Source of the DNA: a virus
Lineage: Duplodnaviria; Caudoviricetes
Reading direction: 5' to 3' (one strand)
DNA: 64,000 bases
IMG/VR virus record: IMGVR_UViG_2934377003_000001
Span: 13,687-77,686 of that record
In this document: positions 29,993-38,600 of the stretch, piece after piece
How the letters are laid out: each line of letters starts with the position of its first letter
Numbering within the stretch: position 1 is the stretch's first letter
Notes under the pieces: model-generated
Told to the model about the DNA's origin: nothing
The model's input: the letters and a program-made list of their open reading frames with translations, nothing else
Databases searched by the model: none
Position numbers and translations under genes: made by a program

Positions 29993-31315
29993 TTAGTTGG
30001 CGTTCGGGCGAGTGCTCTTGGCGGCCACAGACGGCTGCTCGAGGCGCGCCTGAGTCTTGGCTGCGGGGGTGTACGGCTGCGTGTCTCCGGCCCGTCGAGT
30101 GGGCGGCGTGCCACCGTTGTTTCGGCGTCCGTCGGGGGCGTTCGGGTCCTTCTTCTGGCGGGGACCCTTTTGGGAATTGATCAGCGACAACGAGCCCAGA
30201 ACGGGGGCTTCGGTGACGGTCCGCATGTGGGCCTGTGCGGCGCGCGACTGGGCTTCGATTTCGGGGCGGATTCCGACCTTCGTGCAGCCCGTCACGAGGG
30301 CCCACGACTCAGCCCAGATCTGCTCCGTGACGTACTGCGAACCACGCGCGGAACGAAGCGCGTCGGCGACCTCCCACACGTCGGGATGCTTGTCCTTGCG
30401 GTCGTCGTCGCGGCGCTTCTGATCCTCCGCGGCGCGGGCCTCCGCGGCGGCCTTCTCAGCGGCAGCCCTCGCCTCGGCGGCTTGCTTCTCGGTGCGCGCC
30501 TTCTCCTCCGCGCGGGCCTTCTCCAAGGCTGTCGTCTTGGCCGCCCGGCGCTCCCGGAAGGACGGGATCCCGTCGGCCTTCTGAGCGATGCCGTGCTCGT
30601 AGGCCATCAGGACGATCGGCCCGCCCAGGGAGGCGATCGCACCGATCAAGCCGGCGTTGAAACCGATGTGATCGTTGGTCAGCCCGCCGTGCAGGTTGAT
30701 CGCGGCGGCGATCGCCGCGGACAGCATGATGCCGACCCGGTAAGGGGCGACGTCCCGCCGGTGAGCGACCGCCCAGGCGGCTCCAAACGCCAGCACCAGC
30801 GCGAGGCCTTCGAGGAGGGCCGGCGCAGCGATCAGGAAGGGCCGCTCGCGGTCCCAGAAATGCATGAACTGCACCGGGGCGGCGATGATCAGGCCGACGG
30901 CGTAGATACCGCGGGCACCCCACTTCCACCAGCGCTCCGACCGCTCCTGCTCTTCCAGCACCTGCGCCTCGGCGGCCTCCTCGTCGGCGGCAGCCTTCTC
31001 CGCCTTCTCCTTCTTGGCCTGCGCCTCGGCGGCCTCCGCTGCCTTCTTCGCGACGTGCGCCTTGTGGTCAGCCTGGTCTTTCTCCAGCCGCATGCGCTTA
31101 CGCTCGTTACTGATCCGCAGCTCTTCGGCCTGCTCGCCGGCGAGGATCCCGGCGGCCTTCGCGTCTCCCTCCGCCTTGATGCGGGCGGCTTCGGCTTCGG
31201 CATCGGCGCGTTTCCGGATCGCCTCCGCCTCGGCCAGCGCCACCGGGTCGAACCGGGGCTCGGGCGAGGCAACGGCGCGGCCGTTGACCTGCTTCTCGAC
31301 GGATACGGCGGTCAC
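29993..31315 (-). CDS. SpdB2-like / DUF2637-like spreading membrane protein
   Basis: Coiled coil, four TM helices, second coiled coil; same architecture as Streptomyces spread proteins. Confidence 0.65.
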   Translation of the reverse strand: MTAVSVEKQVNGRAVASPEPRFDPVALAEAEAIRKRADAEAEAARIKAEGDAKAAGILAGEQAEELRISNERKRMRLEKDQADHKAHVAKKAAEAAEAQAKKEKAEKAAADEEAAEAQVLEEQERSERWWKWGARGIYAVGLIIAAPVQFMHFWDRERPFLIAAPALLEGLALVLAFGAAWAVAHRRDVAPYRVGIMLSAAIAAAINLHGGLTNDHIGFNAGLIGAIASLGGPIVLMAYEHGIAQKADGIPSFRERRAAKTTALEKARAEEKARTEKQAAEARAAAEKAAAEARAAEDQKRRDDDRKDKHPDVWEVADALRSARGSQYVTEQIWAESWALVTGCTKVGIRPEIEAQSRAAQAHMRTVTEAPVLGSLSLINSQKGPRQKKDPNAPDGRRNNGGTPPTRRAGDTQPYTPAAKTQARLEQPSVAAKSTRPNAN

Positions 31316-31371
31316 GGTGATCGGTGTCCTTCCAGGGCTCAGGGGGGGGGTGGTGCGGTGGAGGTGGTTGG

Positions 31372-31578
31372 TCAGCGCCGACGGCGGCGGCGGGTGGACC
31401 GATAGCCGAACGGGCCAGGCAGGTCGGCGGAGTAGGTGTCGCGGCCGGTGGAGCTGCGCGTCCACCGGGGCACGGACCCGCCGCCCAACGTGATCGACCA
31501 AGACCGGCGGTTCAGGTTGATGCGGACGCCGGGCAGGATCCGGAAGCTCTTGCGGAACGTGACCGGCACGGCGATCAC
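31372..31578 (-). CDS. DUF4236-like small protein
   Basis: FRKSFRILPGVRINLN...SITLG...LPGPFGYR. Confidence 0.75.
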   Translation of the reverse strand: MIAVPVTFRKSFRILPGVRINLNRRSWSITLGGGSVPRWTRSSTGRDTYSADLPGPFGYRSTRRRRRR

Positions 31579-32752
31579 GCCTCCCGCAGCTGGTCGGGCG
31601 TGTACGACCGGTAGCCCTTGATCGCCTCGACGGCCCAGCTGTCGATGCTCCTCACGGACACGTCGCCGCCGGACAGGGCCCCGCCATCCACGACGATGCC
31701 CGTCTTGCCGACGGTGCCCTCGTTCTCCGGGCCCGCCGCGACCACGACCACCAGGTCGCCCTTCTTGAAACGCATGGAGTTTCCTCTCGGTTGGGTGAAG
31801 TGCTGGCGCGCGGTGCCCTCACCGCCCGTGAGCGACGGGCGGTGAGGACAGCCGGCTACTTGGTGGGCGCGCAGTCCGGGCAGTTCGGGTCGTCGCAGAG
31901 GGTGATGCGTCCGCAGCCGATGGCCTTGGACGCCCGGTTGGCGGCCCGACTGCCGCGCTCCCCGGCCACGGTGAGGCCGATCTGCTGCAGCCGACGCGCG
32001 ATCCCCTCGCGCGGGTCCATCTGGTTGGTCTTCTTGGTCTTCTTGGGCATGTGAGTCCTCTCGGATCAGTGATCGGATGCTGGTGCGTGCCCTGGTCTGC
32101 TTTGAAGCGGTAGACCCGAGTTCGGTCGACCAGGGCTGGGGTGCCGGGCGCGATGGGGGCACGCCCGGCAGTGGGTGGGTTAGCGGCGGGGGATGAGAGT
32201 CTTCGGGTCGGGGCCGAGCGGGCGGGGCGGCAGCCCGCGGCCCGTCCGCTGGACCGTCTTGAAGCGGCTCTCCCGGTCCTCACGGACCGCCCGCTCGAAC
32301 CGGTCGAGGAGCCCGGGGTACAGGGCGTCGAGGGCCTCGGCCTCCACCATGCGCCGGGCAAGATCGGCGTCCAGGTCGGCCAGGAGTCGCTCGTTACGGC
32401 CGGGCATGTCAGTGTCCTTTCGGTTGGGTGATTGGGTGGGTGGTGCGTGCCCCGGGCCCGATTCGCTCGGGCACCGTCGCGGCTTGGCCGGGGCCGGGGT
32501 GCCGGGGCGCAGTGGGGGTTTCCGCGCCCCGGCGGTCTCGGGGTCAGGCCGGGATGGCGGTGCAGTGGTCGGCGTGCTCCTGTGCCCACCCGGTGAGCAC
32601 GGTGCGGTATTCGACGCCGTGGTCCCTGGACCACTGGCATCCGCGGCAGGTGGCGACGGATCGGCGAGGGCCGTCCTCGATGTCGACGGTGGCGTTGCGG
32701 TCGCCGGTCAGGGCGGCAGCCTGGGTGAGGATGCGGGTGGGGGCAGGCACGC
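31575..32752 (-). other. Small hypothetical genes (31575-31775 KOW/SH3-like, 31856-32050, 32180-32407, about 32544-32752 with Cys/His motif)
   Basis: Short ORFs with RBSs in the transfer-module operon. Confidence 0.55.
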
Positions 32753-33165
32753 TAGGAACTCCTTGAGTCGGTGTGGATGGCCGGGTGGCGCTGTACGACG
32801 GGGCGACGGATGTCGCGGTGGGTGACGGTGACGGTGTGGCCGCGGCGGCGGAGCCGGCGGGCGAGCTGGTCGGCGACGACCACCGAGCGGTGCCTTCCGC
32901 CCGCGCAGCCGGAGCCGATGACGATCCGGTCGGCGGACGGGCCGGAGGCGTAGGCCTGCACCTGCCGGGTCGTGGCCGCCAAGAGCTGCCGGATGCCGGG
33001 GGTTCCGAGGACGGCCCGGCGGACAATCCGGTCGCGGCCGGTGAGCTGCCGCATCCGCGGGTTCACGTGCGGGTCGCGGAACGCCCGCCGCAAATCCAGC
33101 ACGACGTCGGCCTGCGGGGCAGCGGCGTGCAGGAACCCGAACGACACGATCTCCACGGTGGCCAT
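32752..33165 (-). CDS. Stand-alone RapZ C-terminal-like domain protein
   Basis: IVSFGFLH, DLRRAFRDP, GCAGGRHRSV, HRDI: the hallmark motifs of the RapZ C-terminal domain. Confidence 0.85.
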   Translation of the reverse strand: MATVEIVSFGFLHAAAPQADVVLDLRRAFRDPHVNPRMRQLTGRDRIVRRAVLGTPGIRQLLAATTRQVQAYASGPSADRIVIGSGCAGGRHRSVVVADQLARRLRRRGHTVTVTHRDIRRPVVQRHPAIHTDSRSS

Positions 33166-34380
33166 CAGGCGGCGGCGGGCTCGTTGAATCCGTCGAGTTC
33201 GGCCAGCAGGTCGGGGTCGACGGCGAGCCGGATCGTCGCAACCCGCGCCCGGTCCCCGCGGGCCACGGCGGCGGCGTAGTCGGCGAACAGGTCCGAGACG
33301 CTGAGGATCGACGCGTCGGCGACAGTCATCGAGGCGCGGGCCACGCCACCATCGGCGGCAGCATGGTCGGCAGAGAACAGGTACGGAGACATGGGTGGCC
33401 CTCTCAGGGTCAGAAGTGCGGGGGTGGGTTACAGCTGGTCGGGCTGCAGGTCGAAGAACAGGACCGCGGCGGCCCCGTAGTGCTGGGCCTGCTGCTCGTA
33501 CAGGCGCCGGAACACGTCGTGACGGGAGGCCCTGGCGGGCAGGGTGATGACGCCGGTGTCGCCGACGGTGCCGCGGTCGGTCTGCAGGGTCAGGACCCAA
33601 TGCCAGTCAGTGGTCTGGTCGGAAGCGGACATGCCTGATCTCCTCGGCGGATGCGGTGGGGTTGGGGGCCGCGGGGGCGGGACGGGGGTGAACACCGCCC
33701 CCGCGGCGGAACCGGGGTGCTACTTGGGCCGGTTGGCGGCGATCCGGGCGGCCTCCGCGGCAGCGGCTGCGGCCTTCGCCGCCTCCATCCGCTGCCGGGC
33801 CTGCTCGGCGAGCGCCTTCGCCTGCGCGCCCTGCTCGGCGGGGCTCACAGGGTCACCCCCTGCGGGTGCGGGCGCGGCGGGCGGATTGGCAGCGGCTCCT
33901 TCGCCCGCCCGTGCTCCGGGTCGGGCTCGCCCTCCAGCACAACCAGGAACGCGTCATCGGCCAGCGACATCACAACCGTCGCCGGGGTACCGGAGGCGGT
34001 CAGCTCGGCGGCCTTCTCCTCCGCCGGCCACGACCCGCGCGGATTGCCCGCCAGGAAGTCGGCCAGGATCTCGCGGCCCGCCATCACGCGCCGCCGATCA
34101 GCTTGAGCTGGCCGGCCTCCGCGAGAACCGACCGCGCGGCGGCCATGACGTCCTCCGCGGCGGCCAGCGAGTCCGCCTGCAAGTCCGTCATCCGACCGGA
34201 CGCGGCGACACCCGCCAGCTGCGCGGCGTGCACGGCGGCCGTCTCGTACTCGGCGACCGCCTGAACCAGCGGGAAGTGCGGGAGGGTACGGGCCAGCGCG
34301 GCGGCGGCAGCCGGCGTGAGCGGGGCGGTACCCGCCGTGTCGGCGCACGTCGGCGCCGGGATAAGCTTCTTCGTAGCCAC
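33165..34380 (-). other. Small hypothetical genes at the head of the transfer operon (33165-33392, 33429-33632, 33845-34085, 34084-34380)
   Basis: Coupled small ORFs. Confidence 0.55.
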
Positions 34381-34508
34381 AGGATCTCCTCGTTAGAACC
34401 TGGTGGTGAGGCCCTGGCCAGGGAGTGGAGTCCCTGAGCTGGGGCCGCTTTTTTGGTGCAGCCGGTGGAGCGACTGCGGGAGCTTCGGGCGGTGGAGCGC
34501 CGTTCGCT

Positions 34509-34587
34509 TCAACACCATACTGAAGACGTTCTGAGTCAGTGTCAACACCGTCTTGAGAACTGGCGTGTTGACTTCTACTGTGGGTCC
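34509..34587. promoter_or_regulatory. Divergent promoters with TCAACAC operator half-sites
   Basis: Rightward TTGAGA-17-TACTGT ends 6 nt before ATG 34588 (leaderless); leftward TTGACA (34545-34540)-17-CAGTAT; GTCAACAC (34541) and GTGTTGAC (34565) are inverted. Confidence 0.65.
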
Positions 34588-34923
34588 ATGACAGATGCGT
34601 TCACGGAGTCCCTGGAGGCGCGAGTCGCCGAGATTGCAGCCATCAAAGACCTTGTCGAGCGCGGCCTCGCCGCCCGCGAAGCGCGGGAACACATGGCAGT
34701 ACGCGACCGCGAGCTCTACGCGATCCAGAGGGCTGTAGTCCAGGAACTGAAACCGGGGCGCACCTGGGAAGAGGTAGGCCGGCTGTTCGGGCGTTCTCAC
34801 GCCTGGGCAGAAGCGCTCGCCACGGCGCGGAGTTCGAAGCGACGAAAGAGTGAGCATGCCGCCCAGCAAACGCCCACCGCGCGCGAGACAGAAGGACACG
34901 GCGAGGACACCAGCACGCCATAA
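34588..34923 (+). CDS. HTH repressor, Kor-like by position
   Basis: RTWEEVGRLFGRSHAWAEAL HTH; divergent from the traB operon. Confidence 0.7.
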   Translation: MTDAFTESLEARVAEIAAIKDLVERGLAAREAREHMAVRDRELYAIQRAVVQELKPGRTWEEVGRLFGRSHAWAEALATARSSKRRKSEHAAQQTPTARETEGHGEDTSTP

Positions 34924-35004
34924 AAGCACCACCCCGACACGGGGGCGACACCAACCCGTCGCCACCATGCCAGACCCGAGCGCCACGACACGGGAGCCCC
35001 CATT

Positions 35005-35643
35005 GTGGACGTCGTAGAAACCTGGACCGGCGCATCGGCCTGCCTCCTACAGCAGGCGATGCGGATGACGAACGAGGCGTTCGCCGAACACCTCGGAATC
35101 AGCGAACGGACCATCAGCCGGTGGCACGCCAGCCCCGGCATGGTCCACCGGACCGAGGTACAGCAGATCTTGGACATCGCTCACAGGGAGGCGAAAGAAG
35201 ACGTGCGACACCGCTTCGCGCTCCTACTGCGCCCCCCTGCGCCACGCCTCGAAGCCCAGGCACTGCGGGTAGCGATAGCGGTCGTCGTCCGAGGCGACGA
35301 CATCCTGCTGGTGTGCCGGCGCGGCGACGGCGAACTCCGCTGGCAGTTCCCGGCGGGCATGGTCAAGCCGGGCGCCGACCCGGCAACGGTCGCGGTACAG
35401 GAGACGCACGGCGAGACCGGCGTCCACTGCACGATCCGTGAGCAGCTCGGCGAACGCGTCCACCCGGTCACCGGGGTGGTCGCCTCGTACTACCTGGCCG
35501 ACCATCTGGCGGGCGACGCGTCGAACCGGGACCCGCTCGAGAACGTCGACGTCGCCTGGGTACCCCACACCGCCGTGACCCGCTTCATTCCTGCGGAACA
35601 GCTGTTCCCGCCGATCTTGACCGCCTTGGAGGCGACCGTATGA
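35005..35643 (+). CDS. XRE-HTH plus degenerate Nudix domain protein
   Basis: [23 protein letters not shown]; altered Nudix box [24 protein letters not shown]. Confidence 0.85.
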   Translation: MDVVETWTGASACLLQQAMRMTNEAFAEHLGISERTISRWHASPGMVHRTEVQQILDIAHREAKEDVRHRFALLLRPPAPRLEAQALRVAIAVVVRGDDILLVCRRGDGELRWQFPAGMVKPGADPATVAVQETHGETGVHCTIREQLGERVHPVTGVVASYYLADHLAGDASNRDPLENVDVAWVPHTAVTRFIPAEQLFPPILTALEATV

Positions 35644-36053
35644 CGACCGACACCAGCACCGACAAGCCCGGCATCTCTGCCGCGATCATCGTCCGGGACG
35701 GCCGGGTGCTGATGGTGCGCCGCGCCGTGAAGGAGGGCGAGCTGATGTGGCAGTTCCCGGCGGGCGGCATCGAGGCCGGCGAGTCGCCGGAGGAGGCGGC
35801 GGTGCGGGAGACGCTGGAGGAGACGGCGCTCACCGTGAAGGCGGTACGGCTGCTGGGGCAGCGGGTGCATCCGAAGACGGGCCGGGAGATGTCGTACACG
35901 GCGTGCGATGTCGTGGACGGCGAGGCGCGGGTAGCGGACGACGAGGAGCTGGACGCGGTCGCCTGGGTCGCCCACGGCGAGATCGCCGACTACGTGCCCT
36001 ACGGCCTGTTCGAGCCCGTCCAGGAGTACCTGGATGATGCCCTGCCGCACTGA
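35640..36053 (+). CDS. Nudix hydrolase (MutT/Pif-like)
   Basis: Intact Nudix box [21 protein letters not shown]. Confidence 0.92.
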   Translation: MTTDTSTDKPGISAAIIVRDGRVLMVRRAVKEGELMWQFPAGGIEAGESPEEAAVRETLEETALTVKAVRLLGQRVHPKTGREMSYTACDVVDGEARVADDEELDAVAWVAHGEIADYVPYGLFEPVQEYLDDALPH

Positions 36054-36333
36054 TCGATTTTCGGCCGTGTCGCTATCGACTCGCTTCCGGACCGCGCCCG
36101 TCAAGATGCGCAGGTCACGACCTCGGTGTGTACCAGTGGGTTAGCGCACGGTCTCGACCGAACGTAAACCTGCTGTCACCCGGGCTGCGGCGCAAATTGC
36201 CGACCCGGGAAACGCGGCCCCGCGAACGCGGCTAGCGTCCCCTTGAACGCGAACGGCCGGGCGGTGGCGACCGCCCGGCCAGTTCGACCAGCGAGTGGCG
36301 ACTCGCTGACCTGTAACCCCGACCCCGTCAAGG

Positions 36334-36639
36334 ATGGAGTTCTCCATGAAGAGTAGCGGCACCACGGCCTTAGCGCCCGCCTCTTTGTCGACACATCACC
36401 TGTTGCACGCGCCACTTCCCGAGCTGCTCGCCGAGCACGGCGTGGAGGTGGTGGAGCTGGAGGCGGACCCCGGGTTCACGGGCGGCTCCTTCGTCCGTAG
36501 CGACGGTTCTGTGCTATTCGTGCGTCCGGCGGACCGGCCGGTCGTCGAGTGGGAGATCACGGCGCGCGCCTTGTTGGGCCGGGTGTTGCGGGTGGCGTTG
36601 CCGCCGATGCCGTCGCCGTTCGAGGTGACCGAGGTGTAG
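36334..36639 (+). CDS. Hypothetical protein
   Basis: About 100-aa ORF followed by a hairpin terminator. Confidence 0.6.
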   Translation: MEFSMKSSGTTALAPASLSTHHLLHAPLPELLAEHGVEVVELEADPGFTGGSFVRSDGSVLFVRPADRPVVEWEITARALLGRVLRVALPPMPSPFEVTEV

Positions 36640-36772
36640 GCGCGGCGTTCCCCTGCGGGCTGTCGGTGGGGCGTGCCATAGTGGGCGGGCCGTCGGGTAG
36701 CCGGCGGCTGCTCCCCGCGTCAGCAGGGGTGTTCCTGCTTGGTACTTCGAGTGGTCCCCGCAGTGCGGGGGC

Positions 36773-36810
36773 GAGCCCCGGCCTGAGGGTCGGGGCTCTT
36801 TCCTGTTGTT
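36773..36810 (+). terminator. Intrinsic terminator
   Basis: gagccccg...cggggctc followed by tttcctgtt. Confidence 0.65.
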
Positions 36811-36908
36811 GATCTGTGCTCCCGCCCACATCTCCCCCAACTCGCTTGCTGTACCGACCGGTACCCCCTGACTCTGCTGTCCCGGTCTGCCGCTGCTTGG
36901 GAGTTGAT

Positions 36909-37229
36909 GTGATCGCTTGCCCGTCCGTCAAGTGTTTGTCACCGAATGTTGCGGATCTTCCGCACTACTGGGCGTCCCTGCCCGCCGACTCGCCGCTGAA
37001 AGGCCGGTACGCGCCGCCGGAGGTGCCGCAGGCCTCGTACTGGCTGCCGTTGGCGGCGGTCGCGGTGGGGGTGCTGCTGCTGGTCAGCGGAAGTCTCGCC
37101 GGGCTCCTCGTTGTCGCGGGCGCCGGCGCGTGGGGTGCGCTCGCGTGGCGGTCGGCGCAGCAGGTTGAGGCGAAGCGGACGGCGTGGGAGTCGTCGCACG
37201 TGTGCCTGGCCTGCACCGGAACGTTCTGA
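36909..37229 (+). CDS. Small two-TM membrane protein with terminal Cys pairs
   Basis: CPSVKC at the N-terminus, two hydrophobic helices, CLAC at the C-terminus; start uncertain. Confidence 0.6.
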   Translation: MIACPSVKCLSPNVADLPHYWASLPADSPLKGRYAPPEVPQASYWLPLAAVAVGVLLLVSGSLAGLLVVAGAGAWGALAWRSAQQVEAKRTAWESSHVCLACTGTF

Positions 37230-37233
37230 ACGC

Positions 37234-37279
37234 GACGAAGCCCCCGCCGCCTCCTGCACGGAGGGGCGGGGGCTTCGTC
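37234..37279. terminator. Bidirectional terminator hairpin
   Basis: gacgaagcccccgcc...ggcgggggcttcgtc between convergent genes. Confidence 0.75.
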
Positions 37280-37974
37280 AGTGACCGGCTTGGGGCGCCG
37301 CGTTCTCGGTGCATATGGCCGCCCGGCGCAGGCGGTTGATCTCCGCCCGCAGTAGGTGTGCGCCGAGCGCGTCCCGGGCGTTGACGGCCCAGCTACCCGA
37401 CTCGTCGACGATCACCGCGCCACCTGCCGGCTCGCCCTCGGCGGGCTGGTGGTGCATGGCGTCGCCGCTGAACTCCCAGACGTCGAGGGTGTCGTCGATG
37501 CGGGTGAGGATGTCGTCGCCGCGCATCAGGCCTCCTTCGCGGTGTCGAGGCCGTGGAGGGCGCTGCGGAGTCCGGTGGCGATCCCGTTGTGCGGACTGAT
37601 CTTCAGCTCATCCCGGATGCCGCCGCGTTCCTCGGTGACGCGGTCGGCGCGCTCCGCCTTTTCGACTTCCGCGGCCAGCCATGCCCGGTACTTGTCGAGG
37701 CGCTCGAGGTCGGGCTGGAGTTCGGCGAGGACCGCGCGGGCTACGGCACGCCGGGCGGACAGTGGCAGCCACTCCACCGCCTCCCGCAGCGCGGGCAGGA
37801 CCGCGTTGAAGGCGCGCGCCTCGAGCTGGGTCCACGGCGGGGTGGGGGCCGGCTCGGGCTGGTCGTGGCCGGGGCAGTGGACGGGGTTCATGCCGGGCTG
37901 CGGCTCCCAGCCGTGCGGGCCGTGCTCCTGCCGCAGACGGGCGTGATTGCAGGGCAGGCTGGTCGGGAAGTCGG

Positions 37975-38364
37975 TCATGCGGTCCACCTTCGAACGGGGA
38001 TGCCAGCCTGGTCGGCGAGGCGTGCGGTGTGGGTGGCGCCGCGGCTGCCGTCCTTGATGAAAGCCAGCACGGTGTCTGCGCCGAGGTTGACCATGCGGGC
38101 GTTGCGGATGAACCCGGCCCGCTTGCCCTCCAGGTCCCAGTTGGCGGGGTGGGCTTCCTCGGTGACGCCGTTGACGAATCCGTTGGCGGTCTTGCACCAG
38201 TGGACTGCGTGCGCGTCGGCGCCTCGAGGGCATGCGCCGTGGACGACGACCAGTCGACGGCTGGTGATCAGGGCTTCGTCGCGGACCTCGTTGAGGGCAG
38301 CCCACACCGTCTCGGGGGCAGGCCAGTCTCTGGAGCCGGTGACGAGCACGCGGTACGGCTTCAT
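37975..38364 (-). CDS. DUF2493 / YspA-like SLOG family protein
   Basis: RVLVTGSRDW, VVHGACPRGAD, AGFIRNARMV, SRGATH. Confidence 0.85.
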   Translation of the reverse strand: MKPYRVLVTGSRDWPAPETVWAALNEVRDEALITSRRLVVVHGACPRGADAHAVHWCKTANGFVNGVTEEAHPANWDLEGKRAGFIRNARMVNLGADTVLAFIKDGSRGATHTARLADQAGIPVRRWTA

Positions 38365-38600
38365 GCGGCTTCTCTCTGCTGGTCGGGGATGTGGATCTGG
38401 TGGATGCCGATCTCGCCGACGGCCAGGGCGATGGCGACAGCTTGGGCTCGGTCTGTGGCGCCGAGCCGGCGGTAGGCGGCGGACAGGATTTCGGCGACGG
38501 AGTGGACGGTGACACCGCGCCAGGCGGCGATGGTGCTGTTGGGGTTGCCGTTCGCGGCAAGGATGAGGACTTCCCGCTGCCGGGCGGTCAGCTGCCTCAC
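38361..38600 (-). CDS. LuxR-type HTH protein
   Basis: LTARQREVLILAANGNPNSTIA...YRRLGATDRAQAV. Confidence 0.85.
   Translation of the reverse strand: MRQLTARQREVLILAANGNPNSTIAAWRGVTVHSVAEILSAAYRRLGATDRAQAVAIALAVGEIGIHQIHIPDQQREAA

Noticed and set aside
32085-32175. Branched stem-loop containing GTTCG as a possible tRNA
   Set aside because: No cloverleaf with proper D and anticodon arms or acceptor stem
24231-36053. An independently inserted AICE or plasmid
   Set aside because: No Rep, int/xis or bounding att repeats were recognised, so it is treated as part of the phage; a decayed insertion cannot be fully excluded
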